Shown here in pieces: positions 46,866 through 55,671 of a stretch of 64,000 nucleotides of DNA. Made by a program: the position numbers and the translations under genes. The stretch is from Pseudobdellovibrionaceae bacterium (GTDB taxonomy: Bacteria; Bdellovibrionota; Bdellovibrionia; Bdellovibrionales; JAGQZY01). Every line of letters begins with the position of its first letter. The stretch's first letter is position 1. Location of the stretch: assembly GCA_020635085.1 (NCBI GenBank), contig JACKAL010000004.1:30732-94731 (forward strand). The letters are read 5' to 3'. Under the pieces are notes generated by a model that saw only the letters and a list, made by a program, of their open reading frames with translations, did not search any database and was not told the origin of the DNA.

Positions 46866-47813
46866 TTAATCAATTTCGACCACTTCAAAACTTCCCTTCT
46901 TGAGACTCTTTAGATCTGGGGGTAGGGACTGAAGAATATCTTCCACGAGGGCATCGATGATATTTTCCTTTAAAAAACTCCTGCTATGCACCAAGCTCAC
47001 TTCCCGCGTAGGTACGGGCTTAGTAAAACGAATCAGATTATGGTTTTTTTCTTCTTTAGAAAGATTGCCTGTCGCTAAATAAGGAAGCAGTGTATACCCT
47101 TGGCCTTGGCGAATGAGATTTTTAAGAGTCTCTAAATTTCCACTTTCGAACTCCACATTTTTTAATACATGGGATTGATCTTTCAGTGAACAGACTTTAA
47201 TCACCTGATCGCGAAAGCAGTGCCCCTCGTTAAGAAGCCATACACTATTTCCGTCGAGCTCGTCATCACGAACAAATTTTCGCCCGGCAAGCTCATGATG
47301 ATCGGAAGCAAACACATAAAATGGTTCAAAAAATAAACTGCGCTCAATAATTTTATCGTCGTGTAAGGGAGTCACAAGTAATCCACCATCGAGTTCGTCG
47401 TCGTAGAGCATTTTGACAATATCTTCAGTTTTGTACTCGCTGACTGTCAGCTGTACCTTTGGATGCTTTTTCGAAAAGGACTCGATAAATAGAGGAATAA
47501 TATAAGCCGACAAAGTCGGTATCACACCAAGATGAAAATGACCTGTCAACTCACCATTATGAGATGTGATATGAAATAATTTTTTGTGCTCGCGTAGAAC
47601 CACTTTGGCTTGTTCGATAAATTTTTCGCCACGCTCGGTGGTCAGAATGGGTTTTTTCGAGCGATCAAAAATGATTAAGTCCATCTCCTCTTCCACTTTT
47701 TGGATTTGCGCCGAGAGAGATGGTTGGGAAACATGGCACTCATGTGCAGCACGAGCAAAATGCTTATGTTTATGTACAGCGATAATATATTCTAGTTGTG
47801 TGAGCGTTGGCAT
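46866..47813 (-). CDS. oxyR: LysR-family peroxide sensor OxyR
   Basis: LTQLEYIIAVHKHKHFARAAHECHVSQPSLSAQIQKVE wHTH and the two redox Cys in the context LNEGHCFRDQVIKVC. It is the last gene of the prx/grx-reductase operon. Confidence 0.8.
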   Translation of the reverse strand: MPTLTQLEYIIAVHKHKHFARAAHECHVSQPSLSAQIQKVEEEMDLIIFDRSKKPILTTERGEKFIEQAKVVLREHKKLFHITSHNGELTGHFHLGVIPTLSAYIIPLFIESFSKKHPKVQLTVSEYKTEDIVKMLYDDELDGGLLVTPLHDDKIIERSLFFEPFYVFASDHHELAGRKFVRDDELDGNSVWLLNEGHCFRDQVIKVCSLKDQSHVLKNVEFESGNLETLKNLIRQGQGYTLLPYLATGNLSKEEKNHNLIRFTKPVPTREVSLVHSRSFLKENIIDALVEDILQSLPPDLKSLKKGSFEVVEID

Positions 47814-47867
47814 CGTTTCTTAACCCTTAGTGTAAGCTTAAAAAGTGTAGCGACATTAAATACACTC

Positions 47868-49283
47868 TTAGCGAATGGGCACATCATTACAGCGCATTAG
47901 CTCGTACCCATGATCTCCATTTTTAATTTTGCTCGCAGCATCGCGCAGTGCGGTTCTAAGCCCCTCTTCTATTACCGGATGATAAAAAGGAAGTTTTAAA
48001 GCCTCAAACACATTGAGTTTTACACTGATAGCCCATGCTAATAAGTGGGCCACATGCTCTCCATCCGGAGCTTGCATCTCGGCACCTAAAATCTCGCCGG
48101 TTTGCTCATCGGCATATACATGTAGTACACCTTGCTCTTTTAATTTTACAATACTGCGCCCCTGTCCTTCAAACGATACGCGTCCTGTGACAAAGTTTTT
48201 CTTTTCACTCACCAATTGCTCATAACGTTTACCGGTAGCTGCAATGTTAGGATCAGAAAATGTTATACCTAAATTCACTCGACGCTTAAAACACTGTTCC
48301 GGGTTCACGGCGTTATAACCAGCCATAACGCCCTCATCCGCTGCTTCATGGAGAATGGGTCGATCGGCGTTGGCGTCACCTGGAATCAAAATATGGGGCA
48401 TGGATTTTACTTTCATAGTATTGATATCCACATCGGGAACGCCCGCTTTATTTAAGGCAAGTCCAAGCTTGTCGATACCAATACGATCTAAATTGGCTCG
48501 GCGGCCAATGGCAACGAAGGCTTTTTCCACTTCGTAAATGCGATCATCTGCTTTGATACGCAATCTTTTATCATCTGTTGTTCCCAGAATCTCTGCGCCG
48601 TTAAAATGCATGGGCATTTCTTCCGAAAATTTTTGCGCAATATAGTCTTGAATTTGTGGATCCGTGATCCCACCAATGGCTTTACCCATGGTGATACCGA
48701 CCATGTTTACACCCAAACGATGTAGAGCCTGTCCCAATTCTATCCCGATAACACCAAGACCAATCACCGCCATACTTTTGGGCAGCATTGAAAGTTCAAA
48801 AAATTGATCCGTGTCGATCAGAAACTCTTTATAGGGCTCCCATTGGGCGGGTATTATGGGACGTGAGCCTGTCGCCAGAATAATTTTATCCGCTTTTATC
48901 TGTTCATCACCAAGATCCAATGTATGGGCATCGACAAAAGTAGCGCGTTTACGCACGAGCTTGTGCTCCCAGTCGGCCATGGGATTTTTTACCGCGCGCA
49001 CGAAGCGATCACGCAAAGAACGCACATGGGCCATAACCTCTTCGGCATTCACGGATAAATTTTCTCCGCCGTGAATCCCCATTTGTTGCATTTTTTTGCG
49101 CCGATCAAAATCATTGGCGACCTGAATAAGAACCTTCGATGGCATGCAGCCCACGCGCGCGCACGTTGTACCAAGAGGGCCATCATCGATCACAATGTAA
49201 TTGTCCGTTTTTTTTGCCACTTCTCGTCGTGCCGAGAGCCCTGCAGTTCCTGCACCCACAATCACAACATCATAATGTTTCAT
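47868..49283 (-). CDS. FAD-dependent pyridine nucleotide-disulfide oxidoreductase (dihydrolipoyl dehydrogenase / glutathione-reductase family)
   Basis: GAGTAG FAD motif, redox-active GTTCARVGCMPSK (CxxxxC), a second GxGxxG, and a C-terminal dimerisation domain with HP..EE. Confidence 0.85.
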   Translation of the reverse strand: MKHYDVVIVGAGTAGLSARREVAKKTDNYIVIDDGPLGTTCARVGCMPSKVLIQVANDFDRRKKMQQMGIHGGENLSVNAEEVMAHVRSLRDRFVRAVKNPMADWEHKLVRKRATFVDAHTLDLGDEQIKADKIILATGSRPIIPAQWEPYKEFLIDTDQFFELSMLPKSMAVIGLGVIGIELGQALHRLGVNMVGITMGKAIGGITDPQIQDYIAQKFSEEMPMHFNGAEILGTTDDKRLRIKADDRIYEVEKAFVAIGRRANLDRIGIDKLGLALNKAGVPDVDINTMKVKSMPHILIPGDANADRPILHEAADEGVMAGYNAVNPEQCFKRRVNLGITFSDPNIAATGKRYEQLVSEKKNFVTGRVSFEGQGRSIVKLKEQGVLHVYADEQTGEILGAEMQAPDGEHVAHLLAWAISVKLNVFEALKLPFYHPVIEEGLRTALRDAASKIKNGDHGYELMRCNDVPIR

Positions 49284-49387
49284 AAAGAATACTCCAGCGC
49301 CTTTCGAATTCGCTCATCTTTCAATGAACGAATTCGATTAGAGAATTTATATTAATCTTCTGAGTTCTATAAATCACACTCAGAAAA

Positions 49388-50113
49388 CTAGTTAAAAAAT
49401 TTCTTCAGTTGATCCGATCCACCAATACGCTCACCATTGATGAACACTTGTGGAACTTTGGTTGATCCACTGATGGCCACCAATGTTTTTACCGTGAAGT
49501 CTTTATTGAGAACATGCTCTTCAAAATCGACGTGGTTTTTCTTAAGAAGCTCTTTGGCCTCATAGCAAAACTCACAGCCAGGACGTGTATAAATCGCTAC
49601 CGATTTTGGAATTTCTACATTTAAGTATTTTAACATGTGCTCGGCATTCGATTCATCAAAGGGATCTCCGGGAACTTCTTTTTCTAAGAACATTTTTTCG
49701 ATCACGCCATCATTAACCAGCATGGAATAGCGCCAAGAACGCTTACCAAAGCCAATAGCAGATTTATCAACAAGAAGTCCTAATTTTTCCGAAAACGCGC
49801 CATTACCATCGGGGAGCATGGTGATGTTTTCTGCTTTTTGATCTTCTTGCCACGCATTCATCACGAAAGAATCATTCACCGAAAGACAAATAATATCGTC
49901 CACTCCCGCCTTACGAAATTCTTTATAAAATTCATTGTAGCGTGGTAAGTGGGTCGACGAACAGGTTGGTGTGTACGCACCAGGTAATCCAAAAAGAACA
50001 ACTTTTTTTCCTTTAAAATAATCGTCGGTGGTTTTTTCAACCCACTTATGTCCCTCGCGGACCTTAAATGTGACTTGTGGTACTTTTTTACCGGTTTGAT
50101 CTTGTAAACTCAT
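49388..50113 (-). CDS. peroxiredoxin (Prx5 type)-glutaredoxin fusion protein
   Basis: PGAYTPTCSSTHLP Prx5 active site in the N-terminal half. The C-terminal half has a glutaredoxin fold with RPGCEFC. Confidence 0.9.
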   Translation of the reverse strand: MSLQDQTGKKVPQVTFKVREGHKWVEKTTDDYFKGKKVVLFGLPGAYTPTCSSTHLPRYNEFYKEFRKAGVDDIICLSVNDSFVMNAWQEDQKAENITMLPDGNGAFSEKLGLLVDKSAIGFGKRSWRYSMLVNDGVIEKMFLEKEVPGDPFDESNAEHMLKYLNVEIPKSVAIYTRPGCEFCYEAKELLKKNHVDFEEHVLNKDFTVKTLVAISGSTKVPQVFINGERIGGSDQLKKFFN

Positions 50114-50234
50114 ATTGACTCCTTTTCTGTCTTTATCTTTATTTCTATAGTTGCACGATTATAAAATATACTGTGCTTATGTCACCACTATCGGTCCATT
50201 TTAAAATAGTTTCTAATACATATTTATTATATTT

Positions 50235-50253
50235 TAATAGTTTTAAACTATTA
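50235..50253. promoter_or_regulatory. ATAG-N7-CTAT palindrome, candidate OxyR/LysR box upstream of the prx/grx operon
   Basis: TAATAGTTTTAAACTATTA (9-bp arms). A second, imperfect ATAG-N7-ATTAT lies at 50147-50162. Confidence 0.35.
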
Positions 50254-50484
50254 TTAGGGCACAGTATAACGCAAGGATGCCTCTGATCTTGCCAAACTAA
50301 TCTCCTTAAGTAGCACTAAAAACGCCAGAAGATGTGTTTAAAAATCCACACATAGACCTGACACAGGCCACAGGTCCTAATTTCAAAAGGCTTTGATCAG
50401 CAATGCAATGAATCATAACTACTCTTTTTTGCAATGCAGTTATACAAACCCACCTTAAACGAATTCCCCATACAAGGAGACAAT

Positions 50485-51036
50485 ATGCTTAAATTTATCA
50501 CTTTATTCTTAATCGGATTACCCGCAATTTCTGACGCTTGTGATTGCGCTCACAAAACAACTCTTAAAGAGGTGACTTCACGTGAGTCCACTGTAATTAC
50601 ATCTCGCGAAGGTATCCCCCTTAAAGCAAGTTTCTATGGTACTGAAACACCAACTAACACAGCCTCTAAAGAGGAAATGACAACTCAGCCTGCAGCTCAA
50701 GCGGCAACAGCAGCGCCTGCTGTCGAAGAAGAAGCTTATACCTTTGAATTCGCTACAAACTCATCTGCCCCTAACAAACAAGACATGCAAAAATTTAATA
50801 AGATTGCAGATGAAATTGCTAAAGGAAATGTGAAACAAGTAAAAATCGTAGGTTTCGCTGACAAAACTGGAAATATGAAACGCAATAATAAATTGTCTCT
50901 AGATCGCGCAAAAAGTGTACGCATGATTCTAGAAAAAGTTTCTCGCCCAGTAAAAATGAGCGCCGTTTCTGGTGGCGTAAAACAAACGCCAGATCTTGAA
51001 TCTGCACGTATTGTAGAAGTTCAAATCGTACGCTAA
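50485..51036 (+). CDS. OmpA-like (peptidoglycan-associated) domain protein, exported
   Basis: AAGGAG RBS lies upstream of the ATG at 50485, followed by a signal peptide. C-terminal F.F..NS......VKIVGFADKTG....N..LSLDRAKSV pattern. The maximal ORF starts at 50434. Confidence 0.7.
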   Translation: MLKFITLFLIGLPAISDACDCAHKTTLKEVTSRESTVITSREGIPLKASFYGTETPTNTASKEEMTTQPAAQAATAAPAVEEEAYTFEFATNSSAPNKQDMQKFNKIADEIAKGNVKQVKIVGFADKTGNMKRNNKLSLDRAKSVRMILEKVSRPVKMSAVSGGVKQTPDLESARIVEVQIVR

Positions 51037-51049
51037 TTTCTTAAAAAGA

Positions 51050-51086
51050 CAAAGCCCCATCTCTAAACAGTCATGGGGCTTTTTTA
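51050..51086 (+). terminator. rho-independent terminator of the OmpA-like gene
   Basis: AAGCCCCAT-(12 nt)-ATGGGGCTT followed by TTTTT. Confidence 0.75.
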
Positions 51087-51186
51087 TGTCCATTCTATAT
51101 TTTACTTTAGAAGTTCTTATCGATATTCGTGTGGATACCACAATCCCTCGCCCGAGATTTTCTCATCTATCTAAACCAAAATTAAT

Positions 51187-51447
51187 CTAAAACCTTTGAA
51201 TTAAATGATAACCAAAACGCGTCCGAACAATTGGCGATATCTCCCCTACTTTTAATAATTCAGCTGCTTCACGAAAGCTCTCATCCAATCTTCCCAAGGG
51301 AATATCGCTGAGATCACCACCGCTTCCGGCTGATGAGCACTGGGAAAACTTTTGCGCCAGAGTTTCGAAGGACTGGCCCTGCTGAAGCAACCGTAAAATA
51401 TCCTCAGCCTCATAACGTTGCTCTACAAGAATATGTCGAATTTTCAT
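51187..51447 (-). CDS. ppiC: parvulin-type peptidyl-prolyl cis-trans isomerase (PpiC-like)
   Basis: RHILV...GGDLS...FGYHLI pattern and about 86 aa. ATG at 51447 is preceded by AAGGAG. The maximal ORF starts with a GTG at 51456. Confidence 0.85.
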   Translation of the reverse strand: MKIRHILVEQRYEAEDILRLLQQGQSFETLAQKFSQCSSAGSGGDLSDIPLGRLDESFREAAELLKVGEISPIVRTRFGYHLIQRF

Positions 51448-51467
51448 TGGATACACCGCTCCTTATG

Positions 51468-51537
51468 GTACGGACTTACTTGTGGGACTTGGGGCGTTAA
51501 ACTTATGGAGCGCTGAGTCCCATAAGTAAGTCCGTAC
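51468..51537. repeat. 22-bp-stem hairpin immediately upstream of the ppiC RBS
   Basis: GTACGGACTTACTTGTGGGACT-(26 nt)-AGTCCCATAAGTAAGTCCGTAC, with one G-T pair. Confidence 0.75.
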
Positions 51538-51646
51538 GATTATACCACTAACGCATCTGCGAAACCAAAAAGAAACAGCGTACTTATTTAAGAGAGCAAC
51601 TGCTATGCTTCATTTCCAACTCATTAATGCTAGGTATTACTCGTAC

Positions 51647-52657
51647 ATGTTTGATCAAGAACTTTTTTATACACAGGCCACAGAATTTTTAGAAAGACTC
51701 TTCGAAGAGGTAAAGACCTCGGCATTAACCCTCAATCCCCATTGGTCTATAGATCATATCTGCTACCGCACCGAGAGCTTAGCACAATATAAGGAAGGTA
51801 AACGATCGGCATTGCAATTTTCTGACATGATTCATGAAAGCAAAGTGAATGGACGAGACATTGCCATTTTTAAATTACATACGCCGTTGCTGTTTTGGGA
51901 TTGCACAATTGATATTTTAGAACTTCCCGCGCCGAAACAAGGATCGAGCTACGCCGCAGGCTTCGAACATATCGAAATGGTGTGTGACGAAGATCTCAGC
52001 GTACTTAAGTCGTCTTGGCAAAACCATAACCCAGAACTCAGTACAAAAGAATTAAATCCAGAATTAAAAGTAGCCTTCCCTTCGGGTAGTATCAAATTCC
52101 ACAATATGTCTCTCGTATCACTCATTCACTTGGAAACCAATAGGCCGGTATTTCAAGCAATAGAAAATCTTAAAATTATAAACGACCTTAAATCTTATTC
52201 TCCACAAATTGTGGGCACCTTTCCGCTGGCTCTTGAAACGCCTCAGTCCGATGTTGATATTGTCGTTAGTCACACAAATCTCGAAGAGTTAAAACACACT
52301 TTGATAAAATACTACTCGCACCTACCCCAGTTTCATTGCCACTCTGGTTGCATTCTGGACTCCGATTCCCTGACCTGTGGGTTTACCTATAAAAATATTC
52401 CCTTTGAAATCTTCGCACAAACCAAAAACGTTTTTTTACAAAATGGCTATCGCCATTTTCATCTCGAAGAACGCTTACTTAAAATTGGTGGGCCTTCTTT
52501 TTATGAACGTGTGCATGCCTTACGCCAGTCGGGCTTAAAAACTGAACCTGCGTTTGCACAAACTCTTGGTCTCTCTGGTGACCCTTACCAAGCCCTACTT
52601 GGTTTGTATTTTCTTGATGAGAAAACGTTGCGAAAATTGATTCCTGAAACGGCATGA
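51647..52657 (+). CDS. fusion of a YecM-like VOC-fold domain and a DUF4269-like (nucleotidyltransferase-fold) domain
   Basis: The N-terminal half aligns with my recollection of E. coli YecM (DHICYR..., NGR.I.IFKLH.P, ELP.P...Y..GFEHIE, IKFH). The C-terminal half has IVGTFPLALETPQSDVDIVV. The maximal ORF starts at 51605. Confidence 0.5.
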   Translation: MFDQELFYTQATEFLERLFEEVKTSALTLNPHWSIDHICYRTESLAQYKEGKRSALQFSDMIHESKVNGRDIAIFKLHTPLLFWDCTIDILELPAPKQGSSYAAGFEHIEMVCDEDLSVLKSSWQNHNPELSTKELNPELKVAFPSGSIKFHNMSLVSLIHLETNRPVFQAIENLKIINDLKSYSPQIVGTFPLALETPQSDVDIVVSHTNLEELKHTLIKYYSHLPQFHCHSGCILDSDSLTCGFTYKNIPFEIFAQTKNVFLQNGYRHFHLEERLLKIGGPSFYERVHALRQSGLKTEPAFAQTLGLSGDPYQALLGLYFLDEKTLRKLIPETA

Positions 52658-52859
52658 ACTGATTTATTGATACATGCATAATTAAACAAGGTTTTATTGG
52701 CATTGCATTCAATCAACGTACGTTCTGTCTTTATAAAAATAATATTTTAGTAACACTTAATTTATTTGCTGCTTTTTTCATAAGATTAAATTTACCATTT
52801 TAATAATTAAGATTATCTTCTTTGGAGAAAGAGCCTCCAAACAACGAAAGGGTAACTTT

Positions 52860-53663
52860 ATGGAAAGAAAAAAAAGTATTTTTATACGTTCAGTGTTCAT
52901 TATTGCAAGCTTGCTGATATCAAGTCCATTTGCATTGGCCAACTCCTCCTTTGTTGTGGATTGTGGTCCTCAATTATCGATTCCAGGAACACTTTCGATT
53001 ACTCTGAGAAGTAATAACGGTAAGGCGATTTCACGCAGTGACTTAGCTCCTTGTATAAAAGGCATAAAATCTTTGAGCATTTATGCCTCTTTATCTTATT
53101 ATGGAACTCCCGCTGGTCAGCTCATTACGGCTAATACATTTTCCGCCGATGCCTTTGCAGACATCGATTTTTCCACCACGGCTGTCGGTTTTCAATACGC
53201 AACTTTAGATGAAATTTTTCTCTTATTAGCACAGCACCCGAATATGGCTTTGACCAAAAGACTAGATTATACAGCCCCCCCGGCCCAGGACAGCCTAGGA
53301 TGGCACACGTTGACCCATGAAGATTTAGACTGGTTTCCGCACTTGGAATTTCTTCACTTAAATCTCACCCATATGGATATAGCAGCGGGTGCTTTCGACA
53401 ATTTAGTAAATCTAAAAAATATTACGTGGCGTGCCTCTCAAAACGCCCCTTATTCGGATGGCGACAAAGCGGACGCAGTAAATAAAAGTTTTCTCGACGA
53501 AGTTGCGCGTCTTGCCGCAAAATCGAATAAACTTAACTATGTTGCTTATTGGGGCGATGGCTTCCTCAAGAAAGATGTTCTGCCTTACTGTCAAACGGCT
53601 TTGAAGTCTTTATTGCATGGCGATCAGGATGGGGGGAATGGCCCCTTAGTTTGCCCCAAATGA
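52860..53663 (+). CDS. hypothetical exported protein with LRR-like segments
   Basis: Signal peptide ...PFALA|N. LEFLHLNLTHMDIAAGAFDNLVNLKNITW resembles leucine-rich repeats. Confidence 0.45.
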   Translation: MERKKSIFIRSVFIIASLLISSPFALANSSFVVDCGPQLSIPGTLSITLRSNNGKAISRSDLAPCIKGIKSLSIYASLSYYGTPAGQLITANTFSADAFADIDFSTTAVGFQYATLDEIFLLLAQHPNMALTKRLDYTAPPAQDSLGWHTLTHEDLDWFPHLEFLHLNLTHMDIAAGAFDNLVNLKNITWRASQNAPYSDGDKADAVNKSFLDEVARLAAKSNKLNYVAYWGDGFLKKDVLPYCQTALKSLLHGDQDGGNGPLVCPK

Positions 53664-53719
53664 TTCTAAGTTGCTAAAGACTACGCTACATGTAAGTCTC
53701 TATCAATAACGAATCTGTC

Positions 53720-53745
53720 ACATGCTATTGGTACCAATAGCATGT
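53720..53745. terminator. perfect 26-nt palindrome between convergent genes (probable bidirectional terminator)
   Basis: ACATGCTATTGGTACCAATAGCATGT. Only a weak T-run follows it. Confidence 0.5.
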
Positions 53746-53787
53746 GTTTACTTGTAAAATATCAAACTCCACAAAATAATTACCAAT

Positions 53788-55593
53788 TCACGTCGAAGCG
53801 TCTTGTTTCGCTTCAAGCTCTGACCATAGGGCGTAAAGATCATCGACTTTCTTTTGCAGAAGTGCCACCGACGCCGTGGCTTCTTGGAGTTTGATGTGGT
53901 CCATAATCACATCAGGATTAGATAATTTTTCGCTAGCTTGCTCAAGATCGCTTTCCGCTTGTTGTATATCTTGCTCAATGGTTTCAAGCCTAAGCTTATC
54001 TTTGTAGGAAAGTTTTACTTTCTTTTTGGATTCTTCTTTTTTAGCGCTGATTGTGTCTTGCGTAGATGATGATCGAGTCGATTTTTCCCTCAACCACTGT
54101 TCCATCTCGGCATACATATTCCATGCGCCTTGACCATCGAGTGCTAAAAAGCGATCGCATAACTGACTTAAAAAATAGCGATCGTGACTGACGACAAGGA
54201 CAAGTCCAGGAAAAGCGCGCAAGGTTTCTTCTAAAATCTCTATAGTGTCGATATCCAAATCGTTGGTGGGCTCATCGAGAATCAAAACATCTGCTGGTTG
54301 CAATAAAAGTTTGGCAATCAACAAGCGCGCCTGTTCACCGCCGGAGAGCTGCGAAATTTTTAACTGCATTTTATCCGAGGCAAATAAAAAGCGACTGGCA
54401 TAGGAGGCCACGTGTATCGACGCCCCTTTAAAGATGGTGTAGTCGGAGCCATCTCCTAAATACTGCATAAGGCTTTCATCAAGCGGTAAATCTTCTCGCT
54501 TTTGATCGAAGTAAACGATTTTTAACTGATCCGCACGAAAGATCTCTCCCGTGTAGTTGTCCGCTTTACCTTGGATCACTTTGAGTAAGCTCGTCTTTCC
54601 GCTCCCATTATGCCCAAGAAGACCTACACACTGCTGTGGCCCCATGGAAATCGATAGATCTTGCACCAAAGTTTTTGCGGAAAAAGCCACTGTCACATGC
54701 TTAAGCTCTATCAGTTTTTTGGATTTTCTCTCGGTGGAATCAATTTCCACCCGCGCTTTGGATTGCGCGGCAGAATTGCGCATTTTTACCGACTCCAGAT
54801 CATCTAAAAGAGCATGGGCTTCTTTAATGCGGGCCGTGCTCTTCGTGGTGCGCGCCTGGGCATTGGAGCGTAACCACTCCACCTCCCGCCGTGCTTTGTT
54901 CGACATGGAATCTTGTAGTGCTATCTGCGTACGTCTGTAATCTTCTTTTTTAGAAAGAAACTGTTGATAACTACAGGGAAAAGCCAAAAAACCATCACGA
55001 TAAAGGCGATTGATTTCGATGATGCGATTGGTGACATTATCTAAAAATGTTCGATCGTGGCTAACCAGAATAAACGATTTTTTATAGGACTTGAGATAAC
55101 TTTCGAGCCATAAAATCCCTTCCCAGTCCATGTGGTTGGTCGGCTCATCGAGCACCAATAAATCGGGCTCCAACGCAAAGGCATAGGCTAGCGCCAAACG
55201 TTTTTTCCAACCTCCAGAGAGAGTATCCACTTTAATATCAAGATCGCTAAATCCACAAATCGACAAATAGGTCGCCGCTTTCACGTCGCACTCAAGCGGA
55301 TCGTGATAAAAAGATTGTAGCTTTTCCTTTAAATAGCTCTGCGCACCTAAGGTAGACTCAAACAATGGCTCTTGTGCCACAAAGGAAATGTTTAAATTTT
55401 TACGACGGTTCACCTCGCCCTGATCTGGTGTTTCCGTTCCTGCTAAAAGGCGCAGCAAGGTTGACTTCCCCGCCCCGTTTGGCCCAATCAAGCCGATCTT
55501 TTCCCCTTCGCTAATTCCAAAGCTAAGATCTTCGAACAGGAGCTTTGAGCCCATGGTTTTTTCGATGTGATTAACGGAAACTAAAAGAGACAT
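53788..55593 (-). CDS. ABC-F family ATPase (Uup/YheS-like; two NBDs, C-terminal coiled coil)
   Basis: Two Walker A motifs (GPNGAGKST, GHNGSGKTS), two LSGG signatures, no TM segments and a charged C-terminal coiled coil. Confidence 0.9.
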   Translation of the reverse strand: MSLLVSVNHIEKTMGSKLLFEDLSFGISEGEKIGLIGPNGAGKSTLLRLLAGTETPDQGEVNRRKNLNISFVAQEPLFESTLGAQSYLKEKLQSFYHDPLECDVKAATYLSICGFSDLDIKVDTLSGGWKKRLALAYAFALEPDLLVLDEPTNHMDWEGILWLESYLKSYKKSFILVSHDRTFLDNVTNRIIEINRLYRDGFLAFPCSYQQFLSKKEDYRRTQIALQDSMSNKARREVEWLRSNAQARTTKSTARIKEAHALLDDLESVKMRNSAAQSKARVEIDSTERKSKKLIELKHVTVAFSAKTLVQDLSISMGPQQCVGLLGHNGSGKTSLLKVIQGKADNYTGEIFRADQLKIVYFDQKREDLPLDESLMQYLGDGSDYTIFKGASIHVASYASRFLFASDKMQLKISQLSGGEQARLLIAKLLLQPADVLILDEPTNDLDIDTIEILEETLRAFPGLVLVVSHDRYFLSQLCDRFLALDGQGAWNMYAEMEQWLREKSTRSSSTQDTISAKKEESKKKVKLSYKDKLRLETIEQDIQQAESDLEQASEKLSNPDVIMDHIKLQEATASVALLQKKVDDLYALWSELEAKQDAST

Positions 55594-55671
55594 GCTTTAT
55601 CCTTCTAGCAAGATTTTTAACACTTGTCAGATATGTTTTTGCCATTACTAAAGAGAAATTGTGCCTATTTT

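Noticed and set aside
52822-52842. A 7-bp hairpin, TTTGGAG-aaagagc-CTCCAAA, just upstream of the LRR-like gene RBS.
   Set aside because: It is too short to separate from chance, and no supporting features are present.
54557-54940. A 127-aa + strand ORF inside the ABC-F gene. Similar antisense ORFs lie at 5793-6113 and 6464-6676 inside the P-type ATPase gene.
   Set aside because: These are antisense shadows of long, motif-rich genes.
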